Source of the DNA: Gammaproteobacteria bacterium
GTDB taxonomy: Bacteria > Pseudomonadota > Gammaproteobacteria > Pseudomonadales > Pseudohongiellaceae
Length of the DNA: 64,000 bases
Direction of reading: 5' to 3'
Assembly (NCBI GenBank): GCA_030682575.1
Contig: JAUXNX010000014.1
Coordinates: 3,839-67,838, forward strand
This document shows positions 29,986-40,938 of the stretch, piece by piece. Below the pieces are notes generated by a model. That model saw only the letters and a list, made by a program, of their open reading frames with translations, was not told where the DNA came from and searched no databases. Each line of letters begins with the position of its first letter. Position 1 is the first letter of the stretch. A program made the position numbers and the translations under genes.

Positions 29986-30630
29986 GTGAGTGACGCGTCG
30001 ATGGCGCTCAGACGCCCCTGCGACTTTTTCCTGCTCTATCTTCACGGATTCAACAGTTCTCCACTTTCCCACAAGGCCAGAGTGACGCATGACTACTGCG
30101 TGGCATTGGGTGCGGGCGACAGAATCGGGGTGCCGGAACTGCCGCATGTGCCAGAGCAGGCAATCGCGGAGATGTGCGCAATCATCGAGGCGCAAACTCT
30201 GCCAGTGGCGTTGATCGGTAGTTCGCTCGGTGGCTACTACGCCACCTGGCTTGCAGAGGAGTATGGTCTGCGCGCGGCACTCATCAATCCGGCAGTCAAC
30301 CCGGCAGAACTTTGGCATGAGCATCTGGGCGAGAATCGCAACTATTACTCCGGCAAGCGTTACGAGATTACCGAGGAGTACGTGGAACAACTGCGCCGTT
30401 TGGAGAGATCAGCCCTGCAGAATCCGCAGAACCTGCTGTTGTTGGTGCAAACCGGCGATGAAACGCTGGATTACCGCCTGGCGGTAGACAAGTACAAGTC
30501 GGCAACGAGTATAATTCAGGACGGTGGCAACCACAGCTTCGTGAACTATGAAGCGATGCTGCCCGACATATTCAGATTTCTCGCCAGCGACAACCCTGCC
30601 AGCAGCCACAATGAGAATTACACGCAATGA
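29986..30630 (+). CDS. yqiA: YqiA-family esterase
   Basis: 214 aa with a GTG start. It has YLHGFNSSP and GSSLGGYYA (nucleophile elbow). Its stop overlaps the parE start by 4 nt. Confidence 0.75.
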   Translation: MSDASMALRRPCDFFLLYLHGFNSSPLSHKARVTHDYCVALGAGDRIGVPELPHVPEQAIAEMCAIIEAQTLPVALIGSSLGGYYATWLAEEYGLRAALINPAVNPAELWHEHLGENRNYYSGKRYEITEEYVEQLRRLERSALQNPQNLLLLVQTGDETLDYRLAVDKYKSATSIIQDGGNHSFVNYEAMLPDIFRFLASDNPASSHNENYTQ

Positions 30631-32540
30631 GCAATAGCTACAACGCCGATGCCATCGAAGTCCTGACCGGACTCGACCCGGTACGCAAACGTCCGGGAAT
30701 GTACACAGATACCACCCGCCCCAACCACCTCGCCCAGGAAGTCATCGACAACAGCGTCGACGAGGCTCTTGCCGGACACGCGAAGAATATCTCCCTGACA
30801 CTGCACAAGGACGGCTTCATCGAAGTGACCGACGACGGTCGTGGCATGCCGGTGGACATGCATGCAGAAGAGAAGGTCAGCGGTGTTGAATTGATCCTCA
30901 CGCGTCTGCATGCGGGCGGCAAATTCTCCAACAAGAACTACAAGTATTCGGGCGGCCTGCACGGGGTGGGGGTGTCGGTCGTGAACGCGCTGTCCAGTCA
31001 TCTGGAAGTGATCGTGCGCCGCGATGGCATTGTCTATCAGATGAAATTTCGCGATGGCGAGAAAGCGTCTGAACTGACACCGGTTGGCACAGCGCCCAAG
31101 CGCATGACTGGCACGACTGTGCGTTTTCTTCCCGACGAAAAATATTTCGACTCCAGCAAGATTTCCGTGCCGCGTCTCAAGCATGTGCTGCGTGCGAAGG
31201 CAGTACTGTGTTCCGGACTGCGCGTCACCTTCATCGACAACTCCGCTGGCGAGGACAAGAGTCAGAGCGAAGAGTGGTTCTACGAAGATGGCCTCACCGA
31301 TTACCTGACCAGTTCCACGCGCGGCTGGCCCACACTGCCAGAGTTGCCATTCACCGGCTCCATGCAGGGCAATGACGAAGCGGTGGAGTGGGCAGTGCAA
31401 TGGTTGCCGGAAGGCGGCGAGGTGACAGCGGAGAGTTATGTCAATCTGATTCCCACCGCGCTCGGCGGCACGCATGTCAATGGTCTGCGCACTGGTCTGC
31501 TCGATGCGCTGCGCGAATTCTGCGAATTTCGCAACCTGCTGCCGCGTGGATTGAAACTGACACCCGAAGATGTGTGGGAGCGTTGCTGCTACGTGTTGTC
31601 GGCAAAGATGCTGGACCCCCAGTTTTCAGGTCAGACGAAAGAGCGTTTGTCGTCACGTCAGTGCGCGGTATTCATCGCTGGTGTTGTGAAGGATTCGTTG
31701 AGCCTGTGGCTGAACCAGCACACGGCAGAAGCGGAGTTGATTGCGGAGCTGTGCATCAGCAACGCGCAGAGCCGCATGAAGGCCAGCAAGAAAGTCGAGC
31801 GCAAGAGAATCACGAGCGGCCCCGCATTGCCAGGCAAACTCGCCGACTGCTCGACACAGGACGTGATGGCGGGTGAGTTGTTTCTCGTGGAAGGTGATTC
31901 CGCAGGTGGCTCAGCGAAACAGGCGCGAGATCGTGAGACGCAGGCGATCATGCCACTGCGCGGAAAAATCCTGAACACGTGGGAAGTGGACTCCAGCGAA
32001 ATTCTCGCGTCGCAGGAAGTACACGACATCGCCGTGGCACTCGGTGTCGATCCTGCGTCCGACGACATCAGCGGATTGCGCTACGGCAAGATCTGCATTC
32101 TCGCGGATGCGGACTCTGACGGGTTGCACATTGCGACGCTTCTGTGTGCGTTGTTTGTGCGTCACTTCCGCCCAGTGGTGCAGGCTGGTCACGTATATGT
32201 TGCGATGCCGCCGTTGTACCGCATCGACATCGGCAAGGAGGTTTACTACGCGCTCGACGAACAGGACAAGAACGGCATTCTCGATAGACTCGTCGCGGAA
32301 AAGAAAACCGGCAAACCGAACGTCCAGCGCTTCAAGGGCCTTGGCGAAATGAATCCCCTGCAGTTGCGCGAGACCACGATGAATCGCGACACGCGCCGTC
32401 TGGTGCAGTTGACTCTGGACGATCACTTGCACGCGAGTGATACCAACGAGATGCTCGACATGCTTCTGGCCAAGAAGCGTGCACCTGATCGCAAGGTGTG
32501 GTTGGAGGAGAACGGCAATCTCGCCGACTTCGCCGAGTAG
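30627..32540 (+). CDS. parE: DNA topoisomerase IV subunit B
   Basis: 637 aa. It has the GHKL ATPase N-terminus (EVIDNSVDEA, GGLHGVG) and Toprim (EGDSAGG, DADSDGLHI). It is followed by parC. Confidence 0.95.
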   Translation: MSNSYNADAIEVLTGLDPVRKRPGMYTDTTRPNHLAQEVIDNSVDEALAGHAKNISLTLHKDGFIEVTDDGRGMPVDMHAEEKVSGVELILTRLHAGGKFSNKNYKYSGGLHGVGVSVVNALSSHLEVIVRRDGIVYQMKFRDGEKASELTPVGTAPKRMTGTTVRFLPDEKYFDSSKISVPRLKHVLRAKAVLCSGLRVTFIDNSAGEDKSQSEEWFYEDGLTDYLTSSTRGWPTLPELPFTGSMQGNDEAVEWAVQWLPEGGEVTAESYVNLIPTALGGTHVNGLRTGLLDALREFCEFRNLLPRGLKLTPEDVWERCCYVLSAKMLDPQFSGQTKERLSSRQCAVFIAGVVKDSLSLWLNQHTAEAELIAELCISNAQSRMKASKKVERKRITSGPALPGKLADCSTQDVMAGELFLVEGDSAGGSAKQARDRETQAIMPLRGKILNTWEVDSSEILASQEVHDIAVALGVDPASDDISGLRYGKICILADADSDGLHIATLLCALFVRHFRPVVQAGHVYVAMPPLYRIDIGKEVYYALDEQDKNGILDRLVAEKKTGKPNVQRFKGLGEMNPLQLRETTMNRDTRRLVQLTLDDHLHASDTNEMLDMLLAKKRAPDRKVWLEENGNLADFAE

Positions 32541-32609
32541 TGAGTGACGCTGAATCGCGCATCACAATAAAATCGTATCTATCAATTCGTACTGACAGCA
32601 GACTGAACC

Positions 32610-34865
32610 ATGACCCAGAACATCACAGTGAACGAAGACGGCGTCGAGCAGATATCCCTGAGCAGCTATTCAGAACAGGCCTATCTGAACTACTCCATGT
32701 ACGTGATCAATGATCGCGCGCTGCCGCATATCGGCGACGGATTGAAGCCGGTGCAGCGGCGCATCATCTACGCGATGTCCGAGCTCGGCCTCAAGGCCGG
32801 CGCGAAATTCAAGAAGTCCGCGCGCACCATAGGCGACGTGATAGGTAAGTTCCATCCTCACGGCGACTCGGCGTGCTATGAAGCGATGGTGCTGATGGCG
32901 CAACCCTTCAGCTACCGCTATCCACTGGTGGACGGGCAGGGCAACTGGGGGTCGCCGGATGATCCCAAGTCGTTCGCGGCGATGCGTTACACCGAATCGA
33001 AACTGCGCAAGTATGCGGATCTGCTGCTCTCCGAACTCGATCAAGGCACGGTCGAGTGGAAACTGAATTTCGACGGGACACTCGAAGAGCCCCAGATTCT
33101 GCCCGCGCGTCTGCCGAATGTGTTGCTCAACGGTGGCAGCGGCATCGCCGTCGGCATGGCGACGGACATTCCGCCGCACAATCTGCGCGAAGTGGCGAGT
33201 GCGTGCATTCACCTGCTGGATGATCCTGCAGCCACCGTCGCAGATTTGCTGACGCATATCAAAGGGCCGGACTTTCCGACTGCCGCCGAGATCATCAGTC
33301 CCCGCGAGGATATCGTGGCGCTGTACGAAACCGGCAGAGGTTCGGTGAAGGCGCGCGCTGTCTATCAGGTAGAGAGCGGTGATGTGGTGATCACCGCATT
33401 GCCGTATCAGGTCTCCGGTGCCAAGGTGCTGGAACAGATTGCTGCGCAGATGCAGAAAAAGAAACTGCCGATGGTGGTGGACCTGCGCGATGAATCCGAT
33501 CACGAGAATCCAACGCGCATCGTGATCGTGCCGCGCTCCAATCGCATCGACGCCGATGCGCTGATGCTGCACCTGTTTGCCACGACGGATCTGGAGCGCA
33601 CCTACCGCGTCAACTTCAACATGATCGGCACCAATGGTCGGCCCCAGGTGAAGGACCTGCGCGCACTGCTGACCGAGTGGCTGGAATTCCGCACGGAAAC
33701 CGTCAGACGCCGCCTGCAGAATCGTCTCGATCGCATCCTGCAGCGCCTGCACATTCTGGAAGGCCTGCTGACTGCGTTCCTCAACATCGACGAAGTCATC
33801 CATATCATCCGCACCGAGGACAAACCCAAGCCAGTGCTGATGGCGCGCTTCGCGCTGTCGGACATTCAGGCAGAAGCGATACTGGAGTTGAAACTGCGCC
33901 ATCTGGCCAAACTGGAAGAAGTGAAGATCAGAGCCGAGCAGGAAGATCTGGATGCGGAGCGTGAGCGTCTGCAGCAGATTCTGGGTTCAGCCGCGCGCCT
34001 GAAGTCACTCATCAAGAGAGAGATCACCCAGGACGCAGAAGATTTCGGCGATGCGCGCTGCTCACTCCTTGTGAATCGCGTGGAGGCCCAGGCCTTCAGT
34101 GAAACAGAGCTGATGTCCACCGAGCCGGTGACGGTGGTGTTGTCCGCGCGCGGATGGGCGCGTGCAGGCAAGGGTCACGATCTCGATCCAGTGACTCTGC
34201 AATATAAAGCTGGTGACAGCTTCAAGTTTGCTGCGAAAGGCCGAAGTAACCAGAATGCGATCTTCATTGATTCGATGGGACGTACGTACTCAGTACCGTC
34301 ACATTCGCTGCCGACAGCAAGGGGGCAGGGTGAACCTTTGACCGGGCGCCTGACGCCGGAATCCGGTGCCACCTTCGAAGGGGTACTGATGGCCGATGAT
34401 AATCAGCAGGTGCTGCTGGCCAGTGATGCCGGTTATGGTTTTGTCGCGAAAGTGGCGGAGCTGCAGAGCAAGAACAAGTCTGGCAAGAGCGTGCTGAAGC
34501 TGCCTTCCGGAAGCAAAGTGCTGCCGCCACTGATGGTCAAGGATTACGCCAATGACACTGTGGTTGCGATTACCAACGAGGGGCGCATGTTGATGTTTGC
34601 ATTGTCGGAATTGCCGGAGCTGCCGCGCGGCAAGGGCAACAAGATCATCAGTATCGCCTCCGCAAGAGCCAGTGAGCGATTGGAATATGTGGTTGCGCTG
34701 TGTGTGCTCGGTAGTAATGACGTGTTGACCGTGTACGCAGGCAAGCGTCACCTCAACATGAAGGCGTCGGATCTCGAGCATTACAGGGGTGAGCGTGGAC
34801 GACGGGGTAACAAGTTGCCGCGCGGCTTCCAGAATGTTGACAGAGTTGAGGTGACAGAGGGCTGA
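32610..34865 (+). CDS. parC: DNA topoisomerase IV subunit A
   Basis: 751 aa. It has [17 protein letters not shown] and the catalytic AAMRYTE tyrosine motif. Confidence 0.95.
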   Translation: MTQNITVNEDGVEQISLSSYSEQAYLNYSMYVINDRALPHIGDGLKPVQRRIIYAMSELGLKAGAKFKKSARTIGDVIGKFHPHGDSACYEAMVLMAQPFSYRYPLVDGQGNWGSPDDPKSFAAMRYTESKLRKYADLLLSELDQGTVEWKLNFDGTLEEPQILPARLPNVLLNGGSGIAVGMATDIPPHNLREVASACIHLLDDPAATVADLLTHIKGPDFPTAAEIISPREDIVALYETGRGSVKARAVYQVESGDVVITALPYQVSGAKVLEQIAAQMQKKKLPMVVDLRDESDHENPTRIVIVPRSNRIDADALMLHLFATTDLERTYRVNFNMIGTNGRPQVKDLRALLTEWLEFRTETVRRRLQNRLDRILQRLHILEGLLTAFLNIDEVIHIIRTEDKPKPVLMARFALSDIQAEAILELKLRHLAKLEEVKIRAEQEDLDAERERLQQILGSAARLKSLIKREITQDAEDFGDARCSLLVNRVEAQAFSETELMSTEPVTVVLSARGWARAGKGHDLDPVTLQYKAGDSFKFAAKGRSNQNAIFIDSMGRTYSVPSHSLPTARGQGEPLTGRLTPESGATFEGVLMADDNQQVLLASDAGYGFVAKVAELQSKNKSGKSVLKLPSGSKVLPPLMVKDYANDTVVAITNEGRMLMFALSELPELPRGKGNKIISIASARASERLEYVVALCVLGSNDVLTVYAGKRHLNMKASDLEHYRGERGRRGNKLPRGFQNVDRVEVTEG

Positions 34866-34871
34866 CAAAGT

Positions 34872-37800
34872 GTGAAGGGTTACCTCAGTATCTACATGAA
34901 GGTGCTTTGCCTGATGATGGGCGTGTGCCTGACGCCTTCCACTTTTGCGCAGAATGATGATCGCTTCGTGCTGCAATTGAAATGGGAGCACGAGTTCCAG
35001 TTTGCTGGTTATTACGCTGCGTTGTGGCAGGGCTTCTATGCGGAACAGGGGCTGGATGTCGAGATTCGCTCCGGCATGACACCGGATGGCAGATTTCTCG
35101 CACCGGATCAACAACTGCTGCAGGGGAATGCAGATTTCGGCATCGGTGGCATCGATGCCCTCGTGGGTCGCGGCAACGGCCACCGGTTTATCGTCCTGTC
35201 ACCCGTGTTCCAGCGCTCCCCTGTTGCAGTCTTCACACTTGATAGTGTTCCTATTGACTCCCTTGAGCGATTGAGCAGGTTGCGCATAGCGGCAGTAACC
35301 GATGACTACATGCAGGTTCAGATCGAAGCAATGTTCATGGCGGGTGGCATCGACCCGGCCAGCGTTCAGTTCATCGACGCTGAGGCCAGTGTGGATTCGC
35401 TGGTAGCCGGGCTTGCGGACGCGATCGTCACCTACGATATCTCGGCGAGTTTTCGTGCGCGGGAACTCGGTATCGAACTCAACTCTCTTTATCCAGGCGA
35501 CAACGGTATAAATTTCTACGGTGACGTTCTCTATACAACGGAGGAAGTTCTCGCTCGCAATCCAGAGCAGGTCGAACGCTTTGTGCAGGCCAGCCTGCGC
35601 GGCTGGCGCTATGCGCTGGAAAACCGGGAAGAGATTGCCGACAGAATCTCAGTCCAACTGCCACGCTATGCTTATCGCTATGATGACTTCTCTGGTTACA
35701 ACCGACACTTCGCTGGCCTCATCGACAACTACATTCACTACCCGCTGGTACCTCTGGGGCACAATCAACTGGAGCGTTGGCAGCATGCCTATTTCCTTCT
35801 GGAACAACTGGGCCTGATCGAGCAGGGGTTCAGTATTGATGAACTGCTACCCTTGATGGTACGAACTCCGGAAGCAGTCAGCGACGTTGCGGTGTGGGTG
35901 ATAGTCTCACTGGTACTCATTCTGTTGATGATCATGATGGTGCTGGTACGACCTCTGCATCTGCGCCTGCTGGTGGCCGCCCCATTATTGATTCTGATGG
36001 CGGAACAGCTCATTGAGACACGCTACAAGTTTCTGTTGGGAGAACAGCAGCGACTTGAGGTATCTGACCAGCTCAGCACCATTCGTTATCAACTGGAGAG
36101 TCGCCTCTCCAACAATCTCTCGTTGATCAATGGATTGTCGGCGTTTATCGCGTCCAACCCGGATTTTTCACAGTTGGAGTTCGACACCTATGCCGCCATG
36201 GTGCTTGCACGTGAACCTTCGCTGATCAACCTTGCAGCGGCCCCCGAACTCGTTATCCGTTATATCTATCCATTGCAGGGTAATGAAGCCGCTTTGGGTC
36301 TGGATTACAACGCGACCCCTGAGCAACAACAGGCAGTGCAAAGAGTGATACAGACGGGCTCCATGGTGATTGCAGGACCGGTTGATCTGGTGCAGGGCGG
36401 TGCGGCGTTCGTCGGCCGCGCGCCAGTTTATACGATAGATGCTCAAGGTAATCGATTGCTATGGGGTATCGTCTCGGCTCCAATTCCCGTGTCCTATATC
36501 TACAGCGAGACTGATCTGTTCGATCCATCCTCAGGTCTGGAGATTGCCATTCGCGGACGTGATGGTCTCGGTGCCGAGGGCGATGTGTTCTTTGGCCCAG
36601 TGGAGGTGTTCGAAAATCCTGGCACTGTGACCATGCCTGTCGTGCTTGGGGGCGGTTCCTGGCAGATTGCTGCCCATGCCTATCAGGGGGAGGCCACCAC
36701 TGAGCCTGGGATACTGCTGCTGCGATTTGCCAGTCTGATCGCCGCCATGCTGATCATGTCAGGTATCTATTTTCGTCACCGGACGGTCCAGAAGGAGCGC
36801 GCTTACGAGCAGGTCATTTTCCGTAACGAACAGTTCCTGCGGGAAGTGGAAACAGTCTCGCGGGTCGGTGGCTGGCGTCTTGACGCAGATGGTGTGTTTA
36901 CCGAAGTGTCACGGCAGTTCATACAGATCATGAATCTGCCCGCCGATCGTAATCCTGCATCGCTTGCGGACATCTCCGAATTGTTCTCGGAGGAAACCGG
37001 TGCCGTGCTCAGGTTGTTGCTTGAGCGCGCACAATTGCGTGGTGATGGTTTTGACACTGAATTGCGTTTGCAGCGTCGCGATGGCGAGCACGTTTGGCTG
37101 CACATCCGCTGTGAAGTGGTCGAGCTTGCTTCAGAGCGGCGCGAACTGGTCGGAGCAATTCAGGACGTCACACAAGCCAAGGAGGCGGACAGCCTGATTG
37201 AATATCAGGCTAACTTCGACGCGCTCACGGGGCTGGCCAACCGTTCGCTGTTCCGCGACCGGCTCGACAATGCGCTTGCCATGGCCAGACGCAACAGCAC
37301 CAAACTGGCGGTACTGTTCATCGACCTCGACAACTTCAAATCCGTCAACGATAACCTCGGTCACGATGTGGGCGATGAAGTGCTGATAGAGACATCCCGG
37401 CGCATACGCAACTGTGTGCGTGAAGTGGACACGGTTGCGCGCTACAGTGGTGATGAATTCATTGTGGTACTGCGCGATGTATTCTCGGAGTCTGCTGTCT
37501 GGCGCATCGTGGACAACATCGTGGCCGCCGTGGGTGATGCCTACACCCTGCGTACGCATCAGATTTACTGTGGCGCGAGTGTGGGAATTTCTTTCTACCC
37601 GGACGATGCGAATGACGCCGATACCCTCATCATCAAGGCTGATCAGGCCATGTATGAAGTGAAGAAATCCGGACGTAATGGCTGGCAGTTCTATACCGAT
37701 GAGATGCAGAAACAATCCGAACGTCGCCACCATTTGTTCAACGAACTGGTTACTGCATTGAACCAGGGTGAGTTGACTGTGCATTATCAGCCAATCAAGT

Positions 37801-38495
37801 GTCTTTCCACAGGTCTGATCAGTGGCTGCGAGGCGCTGGTGCGCTGGCGCAGGTCGGATGGGACCTACGTGCCACCGGACACGTTCATTCCGCTTGCCGA
37901 GGAGAGTGGTCTCATTATTCGTATCGACTATCTCGTTCTGACATCCGCCCAGCAATTCATTCGCGCATTGAACGCAGAGCTTGGTATTCAGATAGGACTC
38001 TCGGTGAATGTCTCGACGCGGCTGTTGTACATGCGTGACGAATCAGCGCAAGCCTGGTTTTACGCGATCAAGGCGCCGGGCAACACACCAATGACGGTTG
38101 AGATTACGGAGCGTGTTCTCGTCGAGGATGCGACCCGTGCCCGCCATGTGCTCGACGAACTCAATACGGCGGGTGTCAGCATTTCCATCGATGATTTTGG
38201 TACGGGTTATTCAGGGCTCAGTTATTTGTCCCGTTTCCCGGTGCAGGGGATGAAAATAGACCGATCCTTTGTCGCCAAGATCGGCAAGGTACACACAGAA
38301 GAAGCGTTGATTGAAACCATGCTGTTGATGGCGGCAAAGCTCAATATAAAAGTGGTAGCAGAGGGGGTGGAAACGCAGCAGCAACTCGACTTCCTAAGCA
38401 ATGCGCATTGTCACTATGTGCAGGGATACTTCATCGGTAGACCCATGCCGGCAGAGGAATTTCGAGACTATCTCATCTCCACTCTGGTGTGGTGA
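34872..38495 (+). CDS. Multi-sensor c-di-GMP enzyme: periplasmic SBP(NMT1-like)-TM-TM-CHASE-TM-PAS-GGDEF-EAL
   Basis: 1207 aa. The start is GTG 34872 or ATG 34896, which gives a signal peptide. The NMT1/SsuA-like SBP has QLKWEHEFQFAGYYAA. The CHASE-like block is GLDYNATPEQ...GPVDLVQGGAAFVGRAPVY. The PAS is followed by a GGDEF with an I-site and variant A-site (REVD-TVARY-SGDEF). The EAL looks intact (EALVRW, DDFGTGYS, KIDRSF, AEGVET, QGY). Confidence 0.85.
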   Translation: MKGYLSIYMKVLCLMMGVCLTPSTFAQNDDRFVLQLKWEHEFQFAGYYAALWQGFYAEQGLDVEIRSGMTPDGRFLAPDQQLLQGNADFGIGGIDALVGRGNGHRFIVLSPVFQRSPVAVFTLDSVPIDSLERLSRLRIAAVTDDYMQVQIEAMFMAGGIDPASVQFIDAEASVDSLVAGLADAIVTYDISASFRARELGIELNSLYPGDNGINFYGDVLYTTEEVLARNPEQVERFVQASLRGWRYALENREEIADRISVQLPRYAYRYDDFSGYNRHFAGLIDNYIHYPLVPLGHNQLERWQHAYFLLEQLGLIEQGFSIDELLPLMVRTPEAVSDVAVWVIVSLVLILLMIMMVLVRPLHLRLLVAAPLLILMAEQLIETRYKFLLGEQQRLEVSDQLSTIRYQLESRLSNNLSLINGLSAFIASNPDFSQLEFDTYAAMVLAREPSLINLAAAPELVIRYIYPLQGNEAALGLDYNATPEQQQAVQRVIQTGSMVIAGPVDLVQGGAAFVGRAPVYTIDAQGNRLLWGIVSAPIPVSYIYSETDLFDPSSGLEIAIRGRDGLGAEGDVFFGPVEVFENPGTVTMPVVLGGGSWQIAAHAYQGEATTEPGILLLRFASLIAAMLIMSGIYFRHRTVQKERAYEQVIFRNEQFLREVETVSRVGGWRLDADGVFTEVSRQFIQIMNLPADRNPASLADISELFSEETGAVLRLLLERAQLRGDGFDTELRLQRRDGEHVWLHIRCEVVELASERRELVGAIQDVTQAKEADSLIEYQANFDALTGLANRSLFRDRLDNALAMARRNSTKLAVLFIDLDNFKSVNDNLGHDVGDEVLIETSRRIRNCVREVDTVARYSGDEFIVVLRDVFSESAVWRIVDNIVAAVGDAYTLRTHQIYCGASVGISFYPDDANDADTLIIKADQAMYEVKKSGRNGWQFYTDEMQKQSERRHHLFNELVTALNQGELTVHYQPIKCLSTGLISGCEALVRWRRSDGTYVPPDTFIPLAEESGLIIRIDYLVLTSAQQFIRALNAELGIQIGLSVNVSTRLLYMRDESAQAWFYAIKAPGNTPMTVEITERVLVEDATRARHVLDELNTAGVSISIDDFGTGYSGLSYLSRFPVQGMKIDRSFVAKIGKVHTEEALIETMLLMAAKLNIKVVAEGVETQQQLDFLSNAHCHYVQGYFIGRPMPAEEFRDYLISTLVW

Positions 38496-38556
38496 TTCAG
38501 GGCTCACCTTCAGCATAAATTCTGTGTTATCTTCGCCTCAAAAATATGGTGGCAAG

Positions 38557-40911
38557 ATGATATCAAGACCTGCAAGACACTGGCTTCCACTGGCGATGTT
38601 GTGTGTAGGCAGCGATGCCTTTTCTCAGCAGGGTGCAGTTGCCCCCGCTCCTCTTTCCGCTGCGCAAAATCCCGTTGTGCAAACTCGCATTGAAGAAGTC
38701 ATTGTCAGTGCGCGTCGCCGTGACGAAGACAGTCAGCAGGTTGGCCTCACGCTGACATCAGTGGGTCACGAAGAACTGCAACGGGGCTTCCTGCGGAATC
38801 TTCCCGATCTTGCGAGCAGTTTGTCGAATGTCGAACTCTTCGATGATTACGGCGGGCAGGGTCTGCCCGTATGGGTAATCCGCGGCGTCGGTCTGCAGGA
38901 CTTCAACGCCAACAATACACCGACCGCTGCTGTGTATGTGGATGAGGTATATCAGAGTTCCTCCGTTCAGGGTGGCAGTGGTTTGTTCGATACCGGGCGG
39001 GTTGAAATCATCAAGGGGCCGCAGGGCGGGCTTTATGGTCGCAATACCAGTGGAGGCGTGGTCAGGCAACTCACTCGGCGTGCGAGCCTGCAGGGCAACG
39101 AAGGATATGTGAGCGCTGCGACCGGTAGTTGGGATGACCAGTCGATCGAGGCAGCTACCAACCAGATGCTTTCGGAAACGTTGGCAGTTCGTCTTGCCGG
39201 ACGCATCAATCGCAGTCAGGACGCCTGGCAGACCAGTATTCCCTCCGGGAAGACGCATGGCAAAAAGGATACATGGGATCTGCGCTCGTGGTGGCTGCTG
39301 GAACCGTCTGAGCGCTCTCGATTCGAACTGAAGTTGTATGGTGGTGAGAATGATTCGGAGCTGCCGCTCGTTCGCTCCATTGGTCTCTACGATGCCACTG
39401 GGGGTTTCTGCACAGCCGTTCTTGCAGGGCGACGCGACGATGCCAACTGTCTTAACTATGCGGGTCTGGTAAATGTTCTCACGGGTGCTGACACGCCCTC
39501 CCTCTCGCCATCGATCCAGAATCGCAATGGTTCCACATCTCTTTCCAGTCCATTGAATCGTCTTGATAACAGTCATGTCGGCAGCACACTGATGTTTACC
39601 ATGGATACTGCATGGTCGGTGCTGGGATCGCCCCAGTTACAGGCGATCAGCAATGTTGAAAATTTCGACTATGGTCTGAGTTTCGACTATGACGGTTCAG
39701 GTGCGGAGCTTGGCCATCAGATCACCAGTAGTGAAATCAGGACTGTCTCTCAGGAACTGCGGTTGGTTTCTACAGCTCAGTCAGCCTTGAACTGGCAGAT
39801 CGGCGCGCTACTCAGTCGCGAGGAATTCGTCGAGGACAGACAGTTTCGTCTACAGGACAATATTCCGGTTGGTCTGGTGCACGGACAGCTCGACTACGAG
39901 CAGGTGACCCGATCTCGTGCAGCCTATGCATTGGCCGATTACACAATCGATGATCGCTGGTCGGCCACCGCGTCGCTGCGTTATACAAAGGAATGGAAAA
40001 CTTATCGCGACGGCAGTGTGCGCGCTCCGGCATTTCCACCGCCCTTCGATGTGGTCGTGAGCAATCTCAATGGTGATTACTCGCTGGGTAGTCGCTGGTC
40101 CGGTGCCTTGGGGCTGAACTGGCAGGTAAGTGACAACACGCTCGTCTATTCGTCACTGTCGCGCGGTTTCAAGGCTGGGGGGTTCTTCGGCGGTTTCATC
40201 TTTGATCCTGCCGAGTTTGCCCCCTACAAGGAAGAGACCGTACTGGCATGGGAGAGCGGGTTCAAGATGCAGCGTGCCGATGATCGTCTGCGTTTGAATG
40301 CCGCTGTGTTCTATTACGACTATCGCGATGTGCAGGGTTTTGCCAATGTCGAGACTGGTCCGACCGGTGGTGCCAGTCTTGTCCTGGAGCGTCTCACGAC
40401 ATTGGGCGATGGTGAACACTCCGGAGTGGATGTTGATCTGATGTGGCTGCCGCATGATGGCTGGATCGTCGCAGCCAGTCTGGGCTATCTCGACGCCCGC
40501 ATCAACAGTGGTGGTGGCACAACGCTCAACATTCTGAAACAGGTAGTCAGCACTGAGGGTGAGCGAGCGTATGCTCCACACGTGAGTGGCAGTTTCGCCC
40601 TGGGTAATGTCCGTCAGATATTCGACGGTTTCATGTTGGAGATTGGTGCGTCGTGGCATTATCGCAGCGACTTCTCAGGCACGTTGGTCTCGCCAGTGGA
40701 GAAAGCAGTCAGCAGTCTTGATGCTTATGCGTTGATGGATGCATATGTGACACTGACCCCTGCGGAAGGTAGCTGGTCACTTTCTCTACTTGGGAAAAAT
40801 TTGCATAATAAAGTGTATTCTCCTCGCAAGGTATACGATTCACTTGGCAGTTATGTCGAGATAATGGGACAACCGCGCACATGGGCTCTTCAGGCTCGAT
40901 ACAATTGGTAG
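38557..40911 (+). CDS. TonB-dependent outer-membrane receptor
   Basis: ORF 38401..40911. The likely start is ATG 38557 (MISRPARHWLPLAMLCVGSDAFSQQ), giving a signal peptide. It has a plug domain (EEVIVSARRR, IRGVG, VYVDEV, IEIIKGPQGGLYGRN). The C-terminus ends in an aromatic residue (...RYNW). Confidence 0.85.
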   Translation: MISRPARHWLPLAMLCVGSDAFSQQGAVAPAPLSAAQNPVVQTRIEEVIVSARRRDEDSQQVGLTLTSVGHEELQRGFLRNLPDLASSLSNVELFDDYGGQGLPVWVIRGVGLQDFNANNTPTAAVYVDEVYQSSSVQGGSGLFDTGRVEIIKGPQGGLYGRNTSGGVVRQLTRRASLQGNEGYVSAATGSWDDQSIEAATNQMLSETLAVRLAGRINRSQDAWQTSIPSGKTHGKKDTWDLRSWWLLEPSERSRFELKLYGGENDSELPLVRSIGLYDATGGFCTAVLAGRRDDANCLNYAGLVNVLTGADTPSLSPSIQNRNGSTSLSSPLNRLDNSHVGSTLMFTMDTAWSVLGSPQLQAISNVENFDYGLSFDYDGSGAELGHQITSSEIRTVSQELRLVSTAQSALNWQIGALLSREEFVEDRQFRLQDNIPVGLVHGQLDYEQVTRSRAAYALADYTIDDRWSATASLRYTKEWKTYRDGSVRAPAFPPPFDVVVSNLNGDYSLGSRWSGALGLNWQVSDNTLVYSSLSRGFKAGGFFGGFIFDPAEFAPYKEETVLAWESGFKMQRADDRLRLNAAVFYYDYRDVQGFANVETGPTGGASLVLERLTTLGDGEHSGVDVDLMWLPHDGWIVAASLGYLDARINSGGGTTLNILKQVVSTEGERAYAPHVSGSFALGNVRQIFDGFMLEIGASWHYRSDFSGTLVSPVEKAVSSLDAYALMDAYVTLTPAEGSWSLSLLGKNLHNKVYSPRKVYDSLGSYVEIMGQPRTWALQARYNW

Positions 40912-40938
40912 CGTGTAGGAATTTTCCTACACGCTACC
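40907..40938 (+). terminator. Hairpin overlapping the TBDR stop codon
   Basis: ggtagcgtgtagga attt tcctacacgctacc is a 14-bp perfect stem with a 4-nt loop. No T-tract directly follows, but AT-rich DNA does. Confidence 0.5.

Noticed and set aside
32670-33902. A 410-aa ORF antisense to parC. Similar long antisense ORFs occur at 7927..8898, 15766..16623, 30618..31475 and 37131..37955.
   Set aside because: All lie fully inside genes with clear conserved sense-strand products. They have no recognisable domains and a skewed composition. They are ORF-track artefacts of GC-rich coding DNA.
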